Program-made: the position numbers and the translations under genes | Shown here: positions 52,196-61,943 of the stretch, piece after piece | Layout: the number at the start of each line of letters is the position of its first letter | Numbering within the stretch: the stretch's first letter is position 1 | Notes under the pieces: generated by a model | Databases searched by the model: none | What the model was told of the DNA's origin: nothing | Seen by the model: the letters and a program-made list of their open reading frames with translations, nothing else | From: Alphaproteobacteria bacterium | GTDB lineage: Bacteria > Pseudomonadota > Alphaproteobacteria > MPNO01 > UBA830 | Assembly: GCA_965243135.1 (NCBI GenBank) | Contig: OZ251539.1 | Coordinates: 256,001 to 320,000, forward strand | Direction: 5' to 3' | Length of the DNA: 64,000 nt

Positions 52196-53731
52196 TCAGG
52201 CGGTCTCGCAATCGAAGCCGACGACGTTGCGCTCTTCGCGGCTGAACTCCACCCCGATCAGGTGGACCGAACGCCCGAGATGGCGGTATTTGTCCGCGTA
52301 GCCCTTCTCCCGCAACTGCGCGAGCGCGGTCCCCTCCCGCCCGCGCTCCACCACCTTGAACTCGAACAGGTAGACGCGCCCGCCGGCGCGGACCGCCATG
52401 TCGGCGCGCCCCCGGCTGCCGCTGTCCTCCGCGACCGGCTCGAAGCCCTCCATCAGGAAGCAGCTGTGGATGACGCTCGCGTAGTGGGCCTCGTACTTCG
52501 CGACGGGGCTGTTCATGTACCACTGGTGCGGGATGGCGGCGAAAACGCCGCGGAACAGGGTCCCGAGGCGCTCGAAGTCGTTCGCTTCCAGCAGTTCGCC
52601 CAGCCGCAGGCGCGCCGTCTTCTTGCGCGCCTCGTACGGGAGCAGTTCTCCCAGCAGGGCCTCGCCCAGGCTCCGGCGCACCTCGAGGTTCGGGTAGTCC
52701 AGCCTGTAGCGCCCGTCCTCCTCGCCGGCGATGGTGAGGTAGCCGGTCTGGAACAGAAGCGCCTCGACCGAGATATTGTCCACGTCGAAGGCCGAGAGCA
52801 GGCTCTCGCTGCCGGCCATGCCGTCCAGATCGGGAGTGGGCAGGTCGCGGCGCGTCAGCGTCTCGATCAGGAAGGTCGGCGTGCCGCTATGGAACCAGTA
52901 GTTGCCGAACTTGCGTTTGTCGAACAGCAGCAGGAGGCCGAACGGGTTGTAGACCCTCTCCGGTCCGAGCCAGTTGTAGCCGTTGTACCAGCGGCGGATT
53001 TCGTCCCGGTCCAGGCCCTCCAGTTCCGGGGCGAAGACCGCGTCCAGTTCCGCGTCCGTGTAACCGCAGATGGCGCCGTAGCGCTCGTCCAGCGTGATGT
53101 CGTTCAGGTTGTTCAGGCCCGAGAACAGGCCCGCCTGCGAGAACTTGCTCACCCCCGTCAGGAAAACGAAACGGAGATGCCTGTCGCAGTCCTTGATCGC
53201 CCCGTACAGGCTGCGCAGGAAGTCGCGGTTGGCCCGCGCCAGCTCCCGGTCGCCGAGCGCGTCCAGGATCGGCTTGTCGTATTCGTCCACCAGAACGACC
53301 GCCCGCCGTCCGGTGCGCTCGTGCAAGGCCTCGATCAATTCCCCGAAACGGTTCGACGCCTCGACGGGATCCGGTTCGAGGCCGACGCGCCTCTCCGCCG
53401 CCGCCAGCTGCCTTTCCACGGTTATCCGAACCCCGTCCGGCGCACGGAAATTGCCCCTGCCGAAACTGAGCCGCACGACCGGATGGCGCGCCGACCAGTC
53501 CCACCCGTCGTGCACGGCGAGGCCCCGGAACAACTCCTCGCTTCCCTCGAACAACTCCTGCAGCGTGTCCACCAGCAGGGTCTTGCCGAACCGGCGCGGA
53601 CGCGACAGGAAGTAGTACTTGCCCCTCTCGACGAGGCGGCGCGCATGGTCCGTCTTGTCGACGTAGTAGCAGTCCATCCCCCGGATCTCCCGGAGGGAGG
53701 AAAAGCCGATCGGAAGCATGCGTTTCGTCAT
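52196..53731 (-). CDS. AAA-ATPase-like protein with C-terminal PD-(D/E)XK nuclease domain (copy 2, 511 aa)
   Basis: Same motifs as 11841-13382; long identical stretches. Confidence 0.93.
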   Translation of the reverse strand: MTKRMLPIGFSSLREIRGMDCYYVDKTDHARRLVERGKYYFLSRPRRFGKTLLVDTLQELFEGSEELFRGLAVHDGWDWSARHPVVRLSFGRGNFRAPDGVRITVERQLAAAERRVGLEPDPVEASNRFGELIEALHERTGRRAVVLVDEYDKPILDALGDRELARANRDFLRSLYGAIKDCDRHLRFVFLTGVSKFSQAGLFSGLNNLNDITLDERYGAICGYTDAELDAVFAPELEGLDRDEIRRWYNGYNWLGPERVYNPFGLLLLFDKRKFGNYWFHSGTPTFLIETLTRRDLPTPDLDGMAGSESLLSAFDVDNISVEALLFQTGYLTIAGEEDGRYRLDYPNLEVRRSLGEALLGELLPYEARKKTARLRLGELLEANDFERLGTLFRGVFAAIPHQWYMNSPVAKYEAHYASVIHSCFLMEGFEPVAEDSGSRGRADMAVRAGGRVYLFEFKVVERGREGTALAQLREKGYADKYRHLGRSVHLIGVEFSREERNVVGFDCETA

Positions 53732-53737
53732 TCGAAG

Positions 53738-53766
53738 AGAGTAGGCCGCCGCGCCGGAGCCGTCAA
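53738..53766 (-). promoter_or_regulatory. sigma70-type leaderless promoter of AAA copy 2
   Basis: TTGACG-N17-TACTCT-N6-ATG. Confidence 0.6.
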
Positions 53767-53800
53767 GAAGTCGGCGGTCGCGAGGTACCCACGCCAGGGC

Positions 53801-53894
53801 ACGGCGTATGCTGCGTTGCGACGATGAAACGAATGCTGGCCCGCCTGACGCTCGAACGATCAGGCTTCCGACCTGCAGAGGCGAAGTTTCGCGC
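53801..53894 (+). repeat. Third copy of the ~85-bp hydrolase 5'-end repeat
   Basis: Matches 44122-44204 and 48639-48739. Confidence 0.85.
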
Positions 53895-54192
53895 GGTAGT
53901 GCCGTGCAATTCGCCTGCTGCGAACGTCCGGGGGCGTCGCGGAAACCGAACGTCTTGCAGACTTGGCGGGTCGACGCCGCACGAACTGCGGGAGGCAGCG
54001 GAGGTCGACCGGGGGAAGGCCGGGGCCTGCCGCTGCTGCCGCGGCGTTCACCTGCGGTCGGGCTACGCCCTCTCTACGGCGAACGCCCCCCCCCCGGCAC
54101 CTTGATTCACACCGGCCCAGCCTGACACTATCCTCACGACAGAGATTGCCGACCGCCTGTGTTGCGCTTCGGAGTTGATAGAATGCTGAAGT

Positions 54193-54523
54193 ATGGGTAA
54201 GGGTATACGGCCGGTCGGTTGGTTTGGGGCAGCGCACAAGGTCTATGAAGGTTTTCCAGAGGCCGTTCGCGAACGCGTTAACACGGCTTTGACCGTTGTC
54301 GCGGAGGGTGGAAAGGCGGATATTGCCAAGCCGCTCTAGGGCTTGGGGCGGCGCGGTGCGTCACCGAAGGGGTGCTTGGCGGGTTGTCTACGTTGCCGAG
54401 ATCGCCGGAAAGCTGTGGGTACTGCACGCTTTTCAGAAGAAATCCAAAACGGGCGTCAAGGCTCCGAAAACAGAGATCGACCTTGTCCGGGCGCGTCTCG
54501 GGCGTTTGAGGAAGAAACTATGA
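54193..54523 (+). pseudogene. RelE/ParE (HigB/Gp49-like) toxin, inactivated
   Basis: RPVGW, FPEAV, AKPL*GLG (TAG at 54337-54339), then frameshift to WRVVY...VLHAFQKKSKTG. Confidence 0.8.
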
Positions 54524-54837
54524 AGGACGAGGACCTGATCGAGGGTAGCGGTAACGTATTTCGCGATTTCGGGGATCCCGAGGCCGATCTGAAGCAGGCC
54601 AAAGCCATCCTTGCGGCCCGGATCATCGCCGTGTTGGACAAGCGCCGCCTCAGCGCGCTGAAAGCGGCAAGAATGACCGGTTTTGCGGCAGCGGACTTTT
54701 CGTGCGTCCGAAACGCGGACCTCGGCGGCCTCACCCTGGACCAGCTGAAGAAGATGATCGGCGCCTTGGACGATCCCAAAAGAGTGACGGTCCGTGTTGG
54801 TCCGCGTAAGGCAAGCCAGGCGGCGATGGCAAGATAG
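54520..54837 (+). CDS. XRE-type HTH antitoxin
   Basis: ATGA overlap; GSGNVFRDFG.P.A...KA.LA..I, ADFS.VRNADL. Confidence 0.85.
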   Translation: MKDEDLIEGSGNVFRDFGDPEADLKQAKAILAARIIAVLDKRRLSALKAARMTGFAAADFSCVRNADLGGLTLDQLKKMIGALDDPKRVTVRVGPRKASQAAMAR

Positions 54838-55559
54838 GGGAAGCGTGTTGGCGGCGCGAACTGAAACCGCGCTACAGGCGGGCTTCCGGGGAACGCACGC
54901 CCGGTTCCGGGCCGGCGGCCGGTCGACGGTCGGCACGGACGGACCTGCAGGCTTTGCCGTTGCGGTGGCGGAAAGCCTCGCTCCGGAGCTCGTGGAACGA
55001 ACGCTCGGCGCGACTATTGGTTCGGGCGCGAAGGCGTTTGCCGCTCAGTTCTTCGGGGTCGGTCCCGCCGCGGTCTGTCCCTTCCTCGCCGATCTCGTCG
55101 AGGCCAGGGTCTCGCCGCTGGATGCGGCGGCCGGCGTCTTGGAACGCTGACGGTGCCGGTGGCGGCGCACGAGCAAATCGTTCTCGCGCCGACGGAACGC
55201 GTCGAGTCGGGCGACATGGCGAGCGAGGGTCGGACCAAGGGCGCGGACGGCGACCGTGAAGCAGGCGCCGCCTGACGACGGCCGGCTCGCTTTCATGCCG
55301 CTGGTCGCGGTCCGCGGGGCAGGGAAGGGCGCGCGAGACGGCAGGCGGTCCGGCACATGGCGAACGACAAGCCGGAATTTCGTTTTGGACAGCGCTTGGC
55401 TATAGCCGCTTCACGGGCGGCCGTGCCGCCCGTAACGGCAAGGCTCCGAAGCCGCGACTTCTTTCCGGGCGGTCGCGGGACGCGGGCTTTTCGCCGCGAT
55501 GCGCCATGGTGGCGCGGCGACCGTCGCCGACGGTTGCGAAAAAATCCCGCGCGCGAGCG

Positions 55560-55588
55560 TTGACCCCGTATCGTAGAGGTATTGTAAT
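55560..55588 (+). promoter_or_regulatory. Candidate sigma70 promoter of xsc
   Basis: TTGACC-N17-TGTAAT about 100 bp upstream of the start. Confidence 0.5.
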
Positions 55589-55691
55589 CGCGGAGAACGC
55601 TGGCCTTCCGGCCGGACAGGCGCGTCGAGCGGATACCGTTCGCTCGGGCGAAGCTGCCGGCCCGGAAACTGGACGAAAGGGGACGACAGCC

Positions 55692-57455
55692 ATGAAGATG
55701 ACCACCGAAGAGGCTTTCGTGAAGGTTCTGCAGAAGCACGGCATCGAGCATTGCTTCGGCATCATCGGATCGGCTTTCATGCCGATTTCCGACCTCTTTC
55801 CGAAAGCCGGCATTACCTTCTGGGACGCGGCGCACGAGGGCAACGCCGGTTTCATGTGCGACGGGTACACTCGCGCCACCGGCAAGATCGCCATGTGCAT
55901 AGGGCAGAACGGACCAGGCATCACGAATCTCGTGACGCCGGTGAAAACCGCCTACTGGAACCATACGCCCTTGCTTCTGGTCACGCCTCAGGCCGCCAAC
56001 AGGACGATCGGCCAGGGCGGTTTCCAGGAAGTCGAGCAGATGGCGCTGTTCAGGGACATGGTTTGCTATCAGGAAGAGGTTCGCGATCCGGTGCGCATCG
56101 CCGAGGTCCTGAACCGGGTGATCGAGAACGCCCTGCGCCGCTCGGCTCCCGCGCAGGTCAACGTGCCGCGGGACATCTGGACACAGGCGATCGACATCGA
56201 ACTTCCCCGGTCGGTCGTGCTGGAACGCCAGGCCGGCGGCGAAGAGGCCGTCGCCGAGGCGGCCCGCCTGCTCTCGGACGCCAGTTTCCCCGTCATCCTG
56301 TCGGGCGCCGGCGTGGTGATCGGCGAGGCCATCCCCGATTGCCGGGCGCTTGCGGAGCGGCTCGACGCGCCGGTCTGTTCAGGCTACCAGCATAACGACA
56401 GCTTTCCCGGATCCCATCCGCTGGCCGCCGGACCGCTCGGTTACAACGGTTCCAAGGCGGCGATGGAGCTGATCTCCAAGGCGGACGTGGTCCTGGCGCT
56501 GGGCACGCGGCTCAACCCGTTCTCGACGTTGCCGGGTTACGGGATCGACTACTGGCCGAAGGACGCCACGATCGTCCAGGTCGACATGAATCCGGATCGC
56601 ATCGGCCTCACCAAGAAGGTCGCGGTCGGGATTTGCGGCGACGCCGGCAAGGTGGCGCGCCAGATTCTTGCCCGGCTTGCGCCGTCCGCCGGCGACCGCG
56701 GCCGCGAGGAGCGCAAGGCGGCGATCCATCAGACCCGGTCGGCCTGGCTGCAGGCGCTCGCCGGCATGGACCACGAGGAAGACGATCCGGGAACGACGTG
56801 GAACGCGGACGTGCGCGCCCGCGAGCCCGACCGCATGTCCGCGCGCATGGCGTGGCGGGCGATCCAGACGGGCCTGCCGAAAGACGCGATCATTTCGTCC
56901 GACATCGGCAACAACTGCGCGATCGGCAACGCCTACCCCACTTTCGAAGAGGGCCGGAAGTATCTGGCTCCCGGATTGTTCGGTCCCTGCGGCTACGGCT
57001 TTCCGTCGATTCTGGGAGCCAAGATCGGCTGTCCGGACGTGCCGGTGGTGGGGTTCGCAGGCGACGGCGCCTTCGGCATTTCCATGAGCGAAATGACCGC
57101 CTGCGGCCGAGAGGGCTGGCCGGCGATCACCATGACGATCTTTCGGAACTACCAGTGGGGCGCCGAAAAGCGCAATACGACGCTTTGGTACGACAACAAT
57201 TTCGTAGGCACCGAGCTCAACCCGAATCTTTCCTACGCCAAGGTTGCCGAAGGTTGCGGCCTGAAGGGCGTTCAGGCGACGACGATGGAGGAGCTCTCCT
57301 CCGCTCTGCGGGAAAGCTGCGCGGCGCAGGCCGACGGCGTCACCACTTTCATCGAGGTTGTGTTGAACCAGGAGCTGGGAGAACCGTTCCGCCGCGACGC
57401 CATGAAGAAGCCTGTCGCCGTCGCCGGCATCGATCCGGGCGATATGGTACGGTAG
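55692..57455 (+). CDS. xsc: Sulfoacetaldehyde acetyltransferase (ThDP-dependent)
   Basis: MKMTTEEAFVKVLQ, FGIIGSA, QNGPGITN, TAYWNHTP, GDGAFG, WGAEKRN, QELGEPFRRDAMKKP. Confidence 0.95.
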   Translation: MKMTTEEAFVKVLQKHGIEHCFGIIGSAFMPISDLFPKAGITFWDAAHEGNAGFMCDGYTRATGKIAMCIGQNGPGITNLVTPVKTAYWNHTPLLLVTPQAANRTIGQGGFQEVEQMALFRDMVCYQEEVRDPVRIAEVLNRVIENALRRSAPAQVNVPRDIWTQAIDIELPRSVVLERQAGGEEAVAEAARLLSDASFPVILSGAGVVIGEAIPDCRALAERLDAPVCSGYQHNDSFPGSHPLAAGPLGYNGSKAAMELISKADVVLALGTRLNPFSTLPGYGIDYWPKDATIVQVDMNPDRIGLTKKVAVGICGDAGKVARQILARLAPSAGDRGREERKAAIHQTRSAWLQALAGMDHEEDDPGTTWNADVRAREPDRMSARMAWRAIQTGLPKDAIISSDIGNNCAIGNAYPTFEEGRKYLAPGLFGPCGYGFPSILGAKIGCPDVPVVGFAGDGAFGISMSEMTACGREGWPAITMTIFRNYQWGAEKRNTTLWYDNNFVGTELNPNLSYAKVAEGCGLKGVQATTMEELSSALRESCAAQADGVTTFIEVVLNQELGEPFRRDAMKKPVAVAGIDPGDMVR

Positions 57456-57476
57456 CCGCTGCCGCCGTTGCGTCCG

Positions 57477-57854
57477 CTATGCCCGCCGCAAACCTCGCAG
57501 CCGCACCGCAGGCAGCCGTTTGAGTTTTTGGTTCCGGGGATCGACTTCGATTCCGGCGGATTCGAGGGCCGTGACGCCGAGCAACGGTTCGGCGCCCTCG
57601 TCGCCGAACACGATGACGCCGCCGGAGAGTTCGCCCATGATCTCCAGCTCTCCCAGCGCGACATCCATCTCGACTTCGCGGCCGTCGGCAGTGGCGTAGA
57701 CTCGCCGTCCAGTGGGCTTCAGCCCGATCGCTTCCAGGTTTCGCCGCGGCGCCAGGGAATCGATCGCGCCGGTACCCACCAGGAACGAACCGGTCCAGGA
57801 GCGCGCCCGCTGGGCGGGGTTGCGCACCGTAACGTCGACATGCGTAACGCTCAT
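57477..57854 (-). CDS. Clan AA (retropepsin-like) aspartic protease homologue, catalytic Asp replaced by Gly
   Basis: FLVGTGA in place of LVDTGA; ADGR, EPLLGVTALE...VDP; GGAGG RBS. Confidence 0.8.
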   Translation of the reverse strand: MSVTHVDVTVRNPAQRARSWTGSFLVGTGAIDSLAPRRNLEAIGLKPTGRRVYATADGREVEMDVALGELEIMGELSGGVIVFGDEGAEPLLGVTALESAGIEVDPRNQKLKRLPAVRLRGLRRA

Positions 57855-58178
57855 CCCTCCTCCAGCCGGACGGCGCGACGGAACCGCAGGGGGAAACGCC
57901 GCTCCAAGCCCGCCGTTCACGCGAGAATATATCAACCCGAAGCTTGCGGACAAGGCCGCGTGGGCGCAAGACGGCAGAAGCCGTTTTCCGGTTCGCCGAA
58001 GGCTTTGGCGGCCTTCTCGCGCTTCGGGGGCAGGCAGGCGATTCCGCTTTCCGGCCCCTGAAGTTCCGGTCTTCCGGTTCGGCTCGTTCGCGACCTGCGT
58101 CTCGTCGGAGAGGAAGTCGCCGAGGTCGAGGCTTTCGCCCGGCGGCGCGCGGGACTTCGAGAGGCGGGCGCCTCCGGC

Positions 58179-59486
58179 TCAAACGGTCAGAAAACCGTTC
58201 AGCGCGGACAGCAAGCCTGCGATCGCCGTCGATACTGCGAACGCGAACGCGATATTGATTCGCGCGACGAGCCGGGTCGGCGGGATCCCGAACATTGCGG
58301 CGCCCGTCGCAATGCTCAGACTGCCGATGGAGATGCTGGTGCACAGCCCCCAACCTGTCAGCAGCGCCTGCATCAGCACCAGCTCCGAGACCCCCGTCGG
58401 TACGCCGGTGAACACGACCAGCAGAACCGTGCCCGTGACCACGGCGTGTACGCCGAGAAGACCGGCGACGTTCATCGTCATGATGACGATGAAGATGATC
58501 GCCGCCGGCGGCAGTTGCTGCCGCGTCAGCCAGTCGAGAATGCCCGTTTCGGGCAGCGACGTCTCGAACACCATGCCGAGCGTCATGGCGAAGGCCAGGA
58601 TCGAAATTTCCGGTCCGAGGCGGTCGAGACCGCGGACGGTCTGCTTCAACGCCTGCCCGGCGGCGCGCGCGCCGACCAGAAGCGCCGCCAGCAGGCAGGG
58701 AACCGGCAACGCCACCACGAGCGCCTGCAGCGTCGACAACCCTGTCGAAGCCGTAGTCGCGACGACGATCAGGGCGGCCGCCGCGATCGGCGGCGCGACC
58801 GGCGCAAGCGACCGGAGAGCGGATCCGAGCGCCGCCAGACTGCGGGTTCGGTCGAAGGCCAGATAGGACATCGCGATGCTTGCCGCAGCGAGCGACAGGC
58901 CGAGCGACATGATCTGCCACAGCGGAACCGCCGGCAGGTACTGGCTCGCCAACGCCATGCCGACGACGAAGGGCGACCACAGGGGCACCAGCGCCATGCC
59001 TCGCATCGCCACCAGAAAGACCTCTCGGCGCTCCTGCACCGAGGCGTCTCGTCCGAGGATCGGAGCCAGGATCGCGAACACGCCCACCTGCAGGATGGAA
59101 CCGAGCAGATGGGCGCCGATCACGACCCCGCTGTCGCGCCGCGCCGGATCCAGCGCCGCGAACATGCGTCGCGCGGCGGCGATCTCCGGCCGCTGATCGG
59201 CGACCGCGCGCAACAAAACGATCGTCGACAGGAATGCCGGAAAGATCGCGGCGCGGGCGATGCCGTCCGGGACGGCGTCCCAACGGCCGTAAGCCGCCGC
59301 CAGTCCGGCGGTGGCGGCGGCGAGCGCGCCGCACAGCGCCTGCGTGTGCCGTCCTGTCCGCGGCAGCGCGAGCGCGACGAAACCGACCAGCAGGATCGCC
59401 ATGGCCGGCGCGAGGACCTGTACCGGATACAGGATGTCGAAGACGGCGAGCGCCCACAACGCGCCCGCCAATGCGATGCGAAGCAC
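58179..59486 (-). CDS. Polytopic membrane protein, putative transporter
   Basis: About 11-12 hydrophobic segments; RG...WSPF motif; 6 bp downstream of the ALDH gene. Confidence 0.75.
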   Translation of the reverse strand: MLRIALAGALWALAVFDILYPVQVLAPAMAILLVGFVALALPRTGRHTQALCGALAAATAGLAAAYGRWDAVPDGIARAAIFPAFLSTIVLLRAVADQRPEIAAARRMFAALDPARRDSGVVIGAHLLGSILQVGVFAILAPILGRDASVQERREVFLVAMRGMALVPLWSPFVVGMALASQYLPAVPLWQIMSLGLSLAAASIAMSYLAFDRTRSLAALGSALRSLAPVAPPIAAAALIVVATTASTGLSTLQALVVALPVPCLLAALLVGARAAGQALKQTVRGLDRLGPEISILAFAMTLGMVFETSLPETGILDWLTRQQLPPAAIIFIVIMTMNVAGLLGVHAVVTGTVLLVVFTGVPTGVSELVLMQALLTGWGLCTSISIGSLSIATGAAMFGIPPTRLVARINIAFAFAVSTAIAGLLSALNGFLTV

Positions 59487-59492
59487 GCCGGC

Positions 59493-60932
59493 CTATCGTT
59501 CCCGCCCCGGAAACCGGATCCCCGTGAACTTGACGTAGGACAGCTCTTCCATCGCGTATTTGACGCCCTCGCGCCCGTAGCCGCTGTCGCCGACGCCGCC
59601 GAACGGCGTCGTGTCCATGCGGAACCTGCTGCCCTCGTTGATCCAGAGCGACCCCGCATGCAGTTCCTCCGAAACCCGGAAGGCGGTCTCGAGACTCGAC
59701 GTGAAGCAGGAGGATTGCAGGCCGAAGACGGATTCGTTGGCGACGGCGATGGCGTCGTCGAGGTCCTCCGCAGGCATCACGACCGCGACCGGCCCGAAAA
59801 TTTCCTCGGTCACGACCCGCGCCTCGCGCGGCGGCGCCACGAGGATCGTCGGGTGAACGATCGCGCCGTCGCGCTTCAGGGGAAGCGCGGCCGCGGCTCC
59901 CGCCGCCATCGCCTCCTGCGCCATCCGCTCCACGCGGTCGGCGTTTTCGGCGTTGACCATCGGCCCCACGTCGGTGTCGGGCAGCGTCGGATCGCCGACC
60001 TTGAGCGCTTTGGCGGCCGCGACGAAAAAGTCGAGAAACTCGTCGAGAACCGCTTTCTCGACGACGATGCGCTGCGCCGATATGCACTGCTGGCCGCTCG
60101 CCTCGAAGGCCGACGACGCGATGCGTCGGGCGGCGTCCGCGAGATCGGCGTCGGCGCACACGATGTTGGCGGAATTTCCGCCGAGCTCGCCCACGAAGGG
60201 CTTTGCGCCGGCTGCCTTGGCGAGCGCGTTGCCGGCCGCGGTTCCTCCGGTCAGCGTCACCAGCGCGACGTCGGGGTGGGCGACGAGATGGCCGGTGACG
60301 TCCCGCCTGCAAGCCACCACGTTGACGAGACCGTCGGGTACGCCCGCGCGGGTGAAGCATTCGGCGATCAGCAACGCTTCGCCGACGCCCTCGAAGGCGG
60401 GCTTGATCACGACCGCGTTGCCCATGGCGATCGCCGGAGCCAGTTTCTGCATCAGCAGGTTCGACGGCGCGTTGAACGGCGTGAACGCGGCGACCACGCC
60501 GTGAGGATGGCGGCGCGTGAAGCCGAACCGCCCCGCGCCCATCGGCAGCGCGTCGAGCGGCAGGACTTCCCCCTCCATTCGCAGCAGTTCCTCGGCGCAG
60601 AGCCGCGGAAACGCGACCGAGCGGGCGACCTCCACGCCGCAGGCGCGGCGCGGCTTTCCGAGGGCGCGCATCGTGATGTCGGCGAGGTTGTTTTTTTCCT
60701 TCTCGATTTCCGCCGCCGCGGCTCGAAGCCAGGCGGCTCGCTGCGCGGGCGTGGCGCGAAGATTGGACGCGAAGGCTCTGCGCGCGCTGCCGATCGCGGC
60801 GTCGATGGTGACGGCGTCGGCCATGGCGATGCGCGCGACGAGCTTTCCGTCCCATGGCGAGCGCAGCTCTTCGATCCGGGCGTCCGGCGTTTCGTACGCC
60901 GCGCCGTCGATCCAGGGATAGGCGGTGGTCAT
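59493..60932 (-). CDS. Aldehyde dehydrogenase family protein
   Basis: TPFNAP, KPA, LTGG, ELGGN, GQQCIS (catalytic Cys), EEIFGPV, PFGGVGDSGYGREG. Confidence 0.95.
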   Translation of the reverse strand: MTTAYPWIDGAAYETPDARIEELRSPWDGKLVARIAMADAVTIDAAIGSARRAFASNLRATPAQRAAWLRAAAAEIEKEKNNLADITMRALGKPRRACGVEVARSVAFPRLCAEELLRMEGEVLPLDALPMGAGRFGFTRRHPHGVVAAFTPFNAPSNLLMQKLAPAIAMGNAVVIKPAFEGVGEALLIAECFTRAGVPDGLVNVVACRRDVTGHLVAHPDVALVTLTGGTAAGNALAKAAGAKPFVGELGGNSANIVCADADLADAARRIASSAFEASGQQCISAQRIVVEKAVLDEFLDFFVAAAKALKVGDPTLPDTDVGPMVNAENADRVERMAQEAMAAGAAAALPLKRDGAIVHPTILVAPPREARVVTEEIFGPVAVVMPAEDLDDAIAVANESVFGLQSSCFTSSLETAFRVSEELHAGSLWINEGSRFRMDTTPFGGVGDSGYGREGVKYAMEELSYVKFTGIRFPGRER

Positions 60933-61134
60933 GCGAATTTCCTTCGCTTCGGGGGCGTCATGGTAGCCCATCCCGAACCTTCCGAACATGCGTTCGGCGG
61001 ATTCGGGAAGGGTCGGTGGCCCCGATGGGCGCAGGTCTGAAATTGCAAAACCGAAAGATCTGAAACGCTTTCAACGATTATCCGGGTTCGGGCTGCGGCG
61101 CTTCGAGACCGAGATCAACGATTTCGTGACGGAT

Positions 61135-61320
61135 CGTCGTTCCGGGCGCCGATTTCGGCACGGGCCGGAGGGCAAAAAGGAATGCTCCAGACCGCAAGAC
61201 GCGGCAGAATGTTGGTTCCAACCACAACATCATTCCCATGTCGGCATCGCAGCTTTCGACCGGCTTGTCCCTTTCGGTTCTCTCTCGAGATACCGCCGAG
61301 GCGCTGCAGACGTTCGCGAC
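61135..61320 (+). repeat. Second copy of the 48240-48400 diverged repeat
   Basis: Direct comparison, same orientation. Confidence 0.7.
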
Positions 61321-61943
61321 CTTCCTCGGGAAAGGGGGGCGGACAGCCGCACTCCGTTGAGCGGGTCTGGCGCATGCCTCGCGTACCTGCCTGACTGATG
61401 ATCGCAGTCTCGGCGCGGTCTGGAGATGGACCTCAGGTTGGTATTGTGCAGGGAGTTTTCGCCCGAGGGTCGGCGAGGTCTCTTGGTCTGCGGCGCGGTT
61501 TCGTCGGCAACTGCCGCCAAGGTTGTCGGGGAACGCAACGGTTCGCGCCTTCCACCGTTGCCCGCTGGCCAACGGCTACAGACGCTCGGCCGCAAGACCG
61601 GCGCCGGCACGTTCAAGTATTTGGCAGCTCCCGGTCTGCGTCCCAAAGAACGACGACTACCGCGAGAGCAGAGAGCGACGCCGGACTGCGGCAAAGCGCG
61701 GGCGTCTCCCGCGCAGCGGGTGCGGCTTTCGTGACCATTGACGCGCTCATCGGCTTCATCCAAGGTTGCACTCACAGACATTGACGCGTCCTTCCGAGTT
61801 GGGCTGCCCGTTGCAGCCCGAGACTTGGCGCGAGACCGCTGTCCACGCTTGGGCGAAGAGGTGGAGACCGTCCCTCCACCCGCGCGATGTCCGCGATGGC
61901 ACGGCATCTGTCGGTGCCTGGATAACCGGTACGGAGAAAAACC

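Noticed and set aside
54086-54095. Second poly-C tract (C10) as a phase-variation switch
   Set aside because: No flanking -35/-10 pair or credible ORF recognised around it; the downstream toxin is a pseudogene
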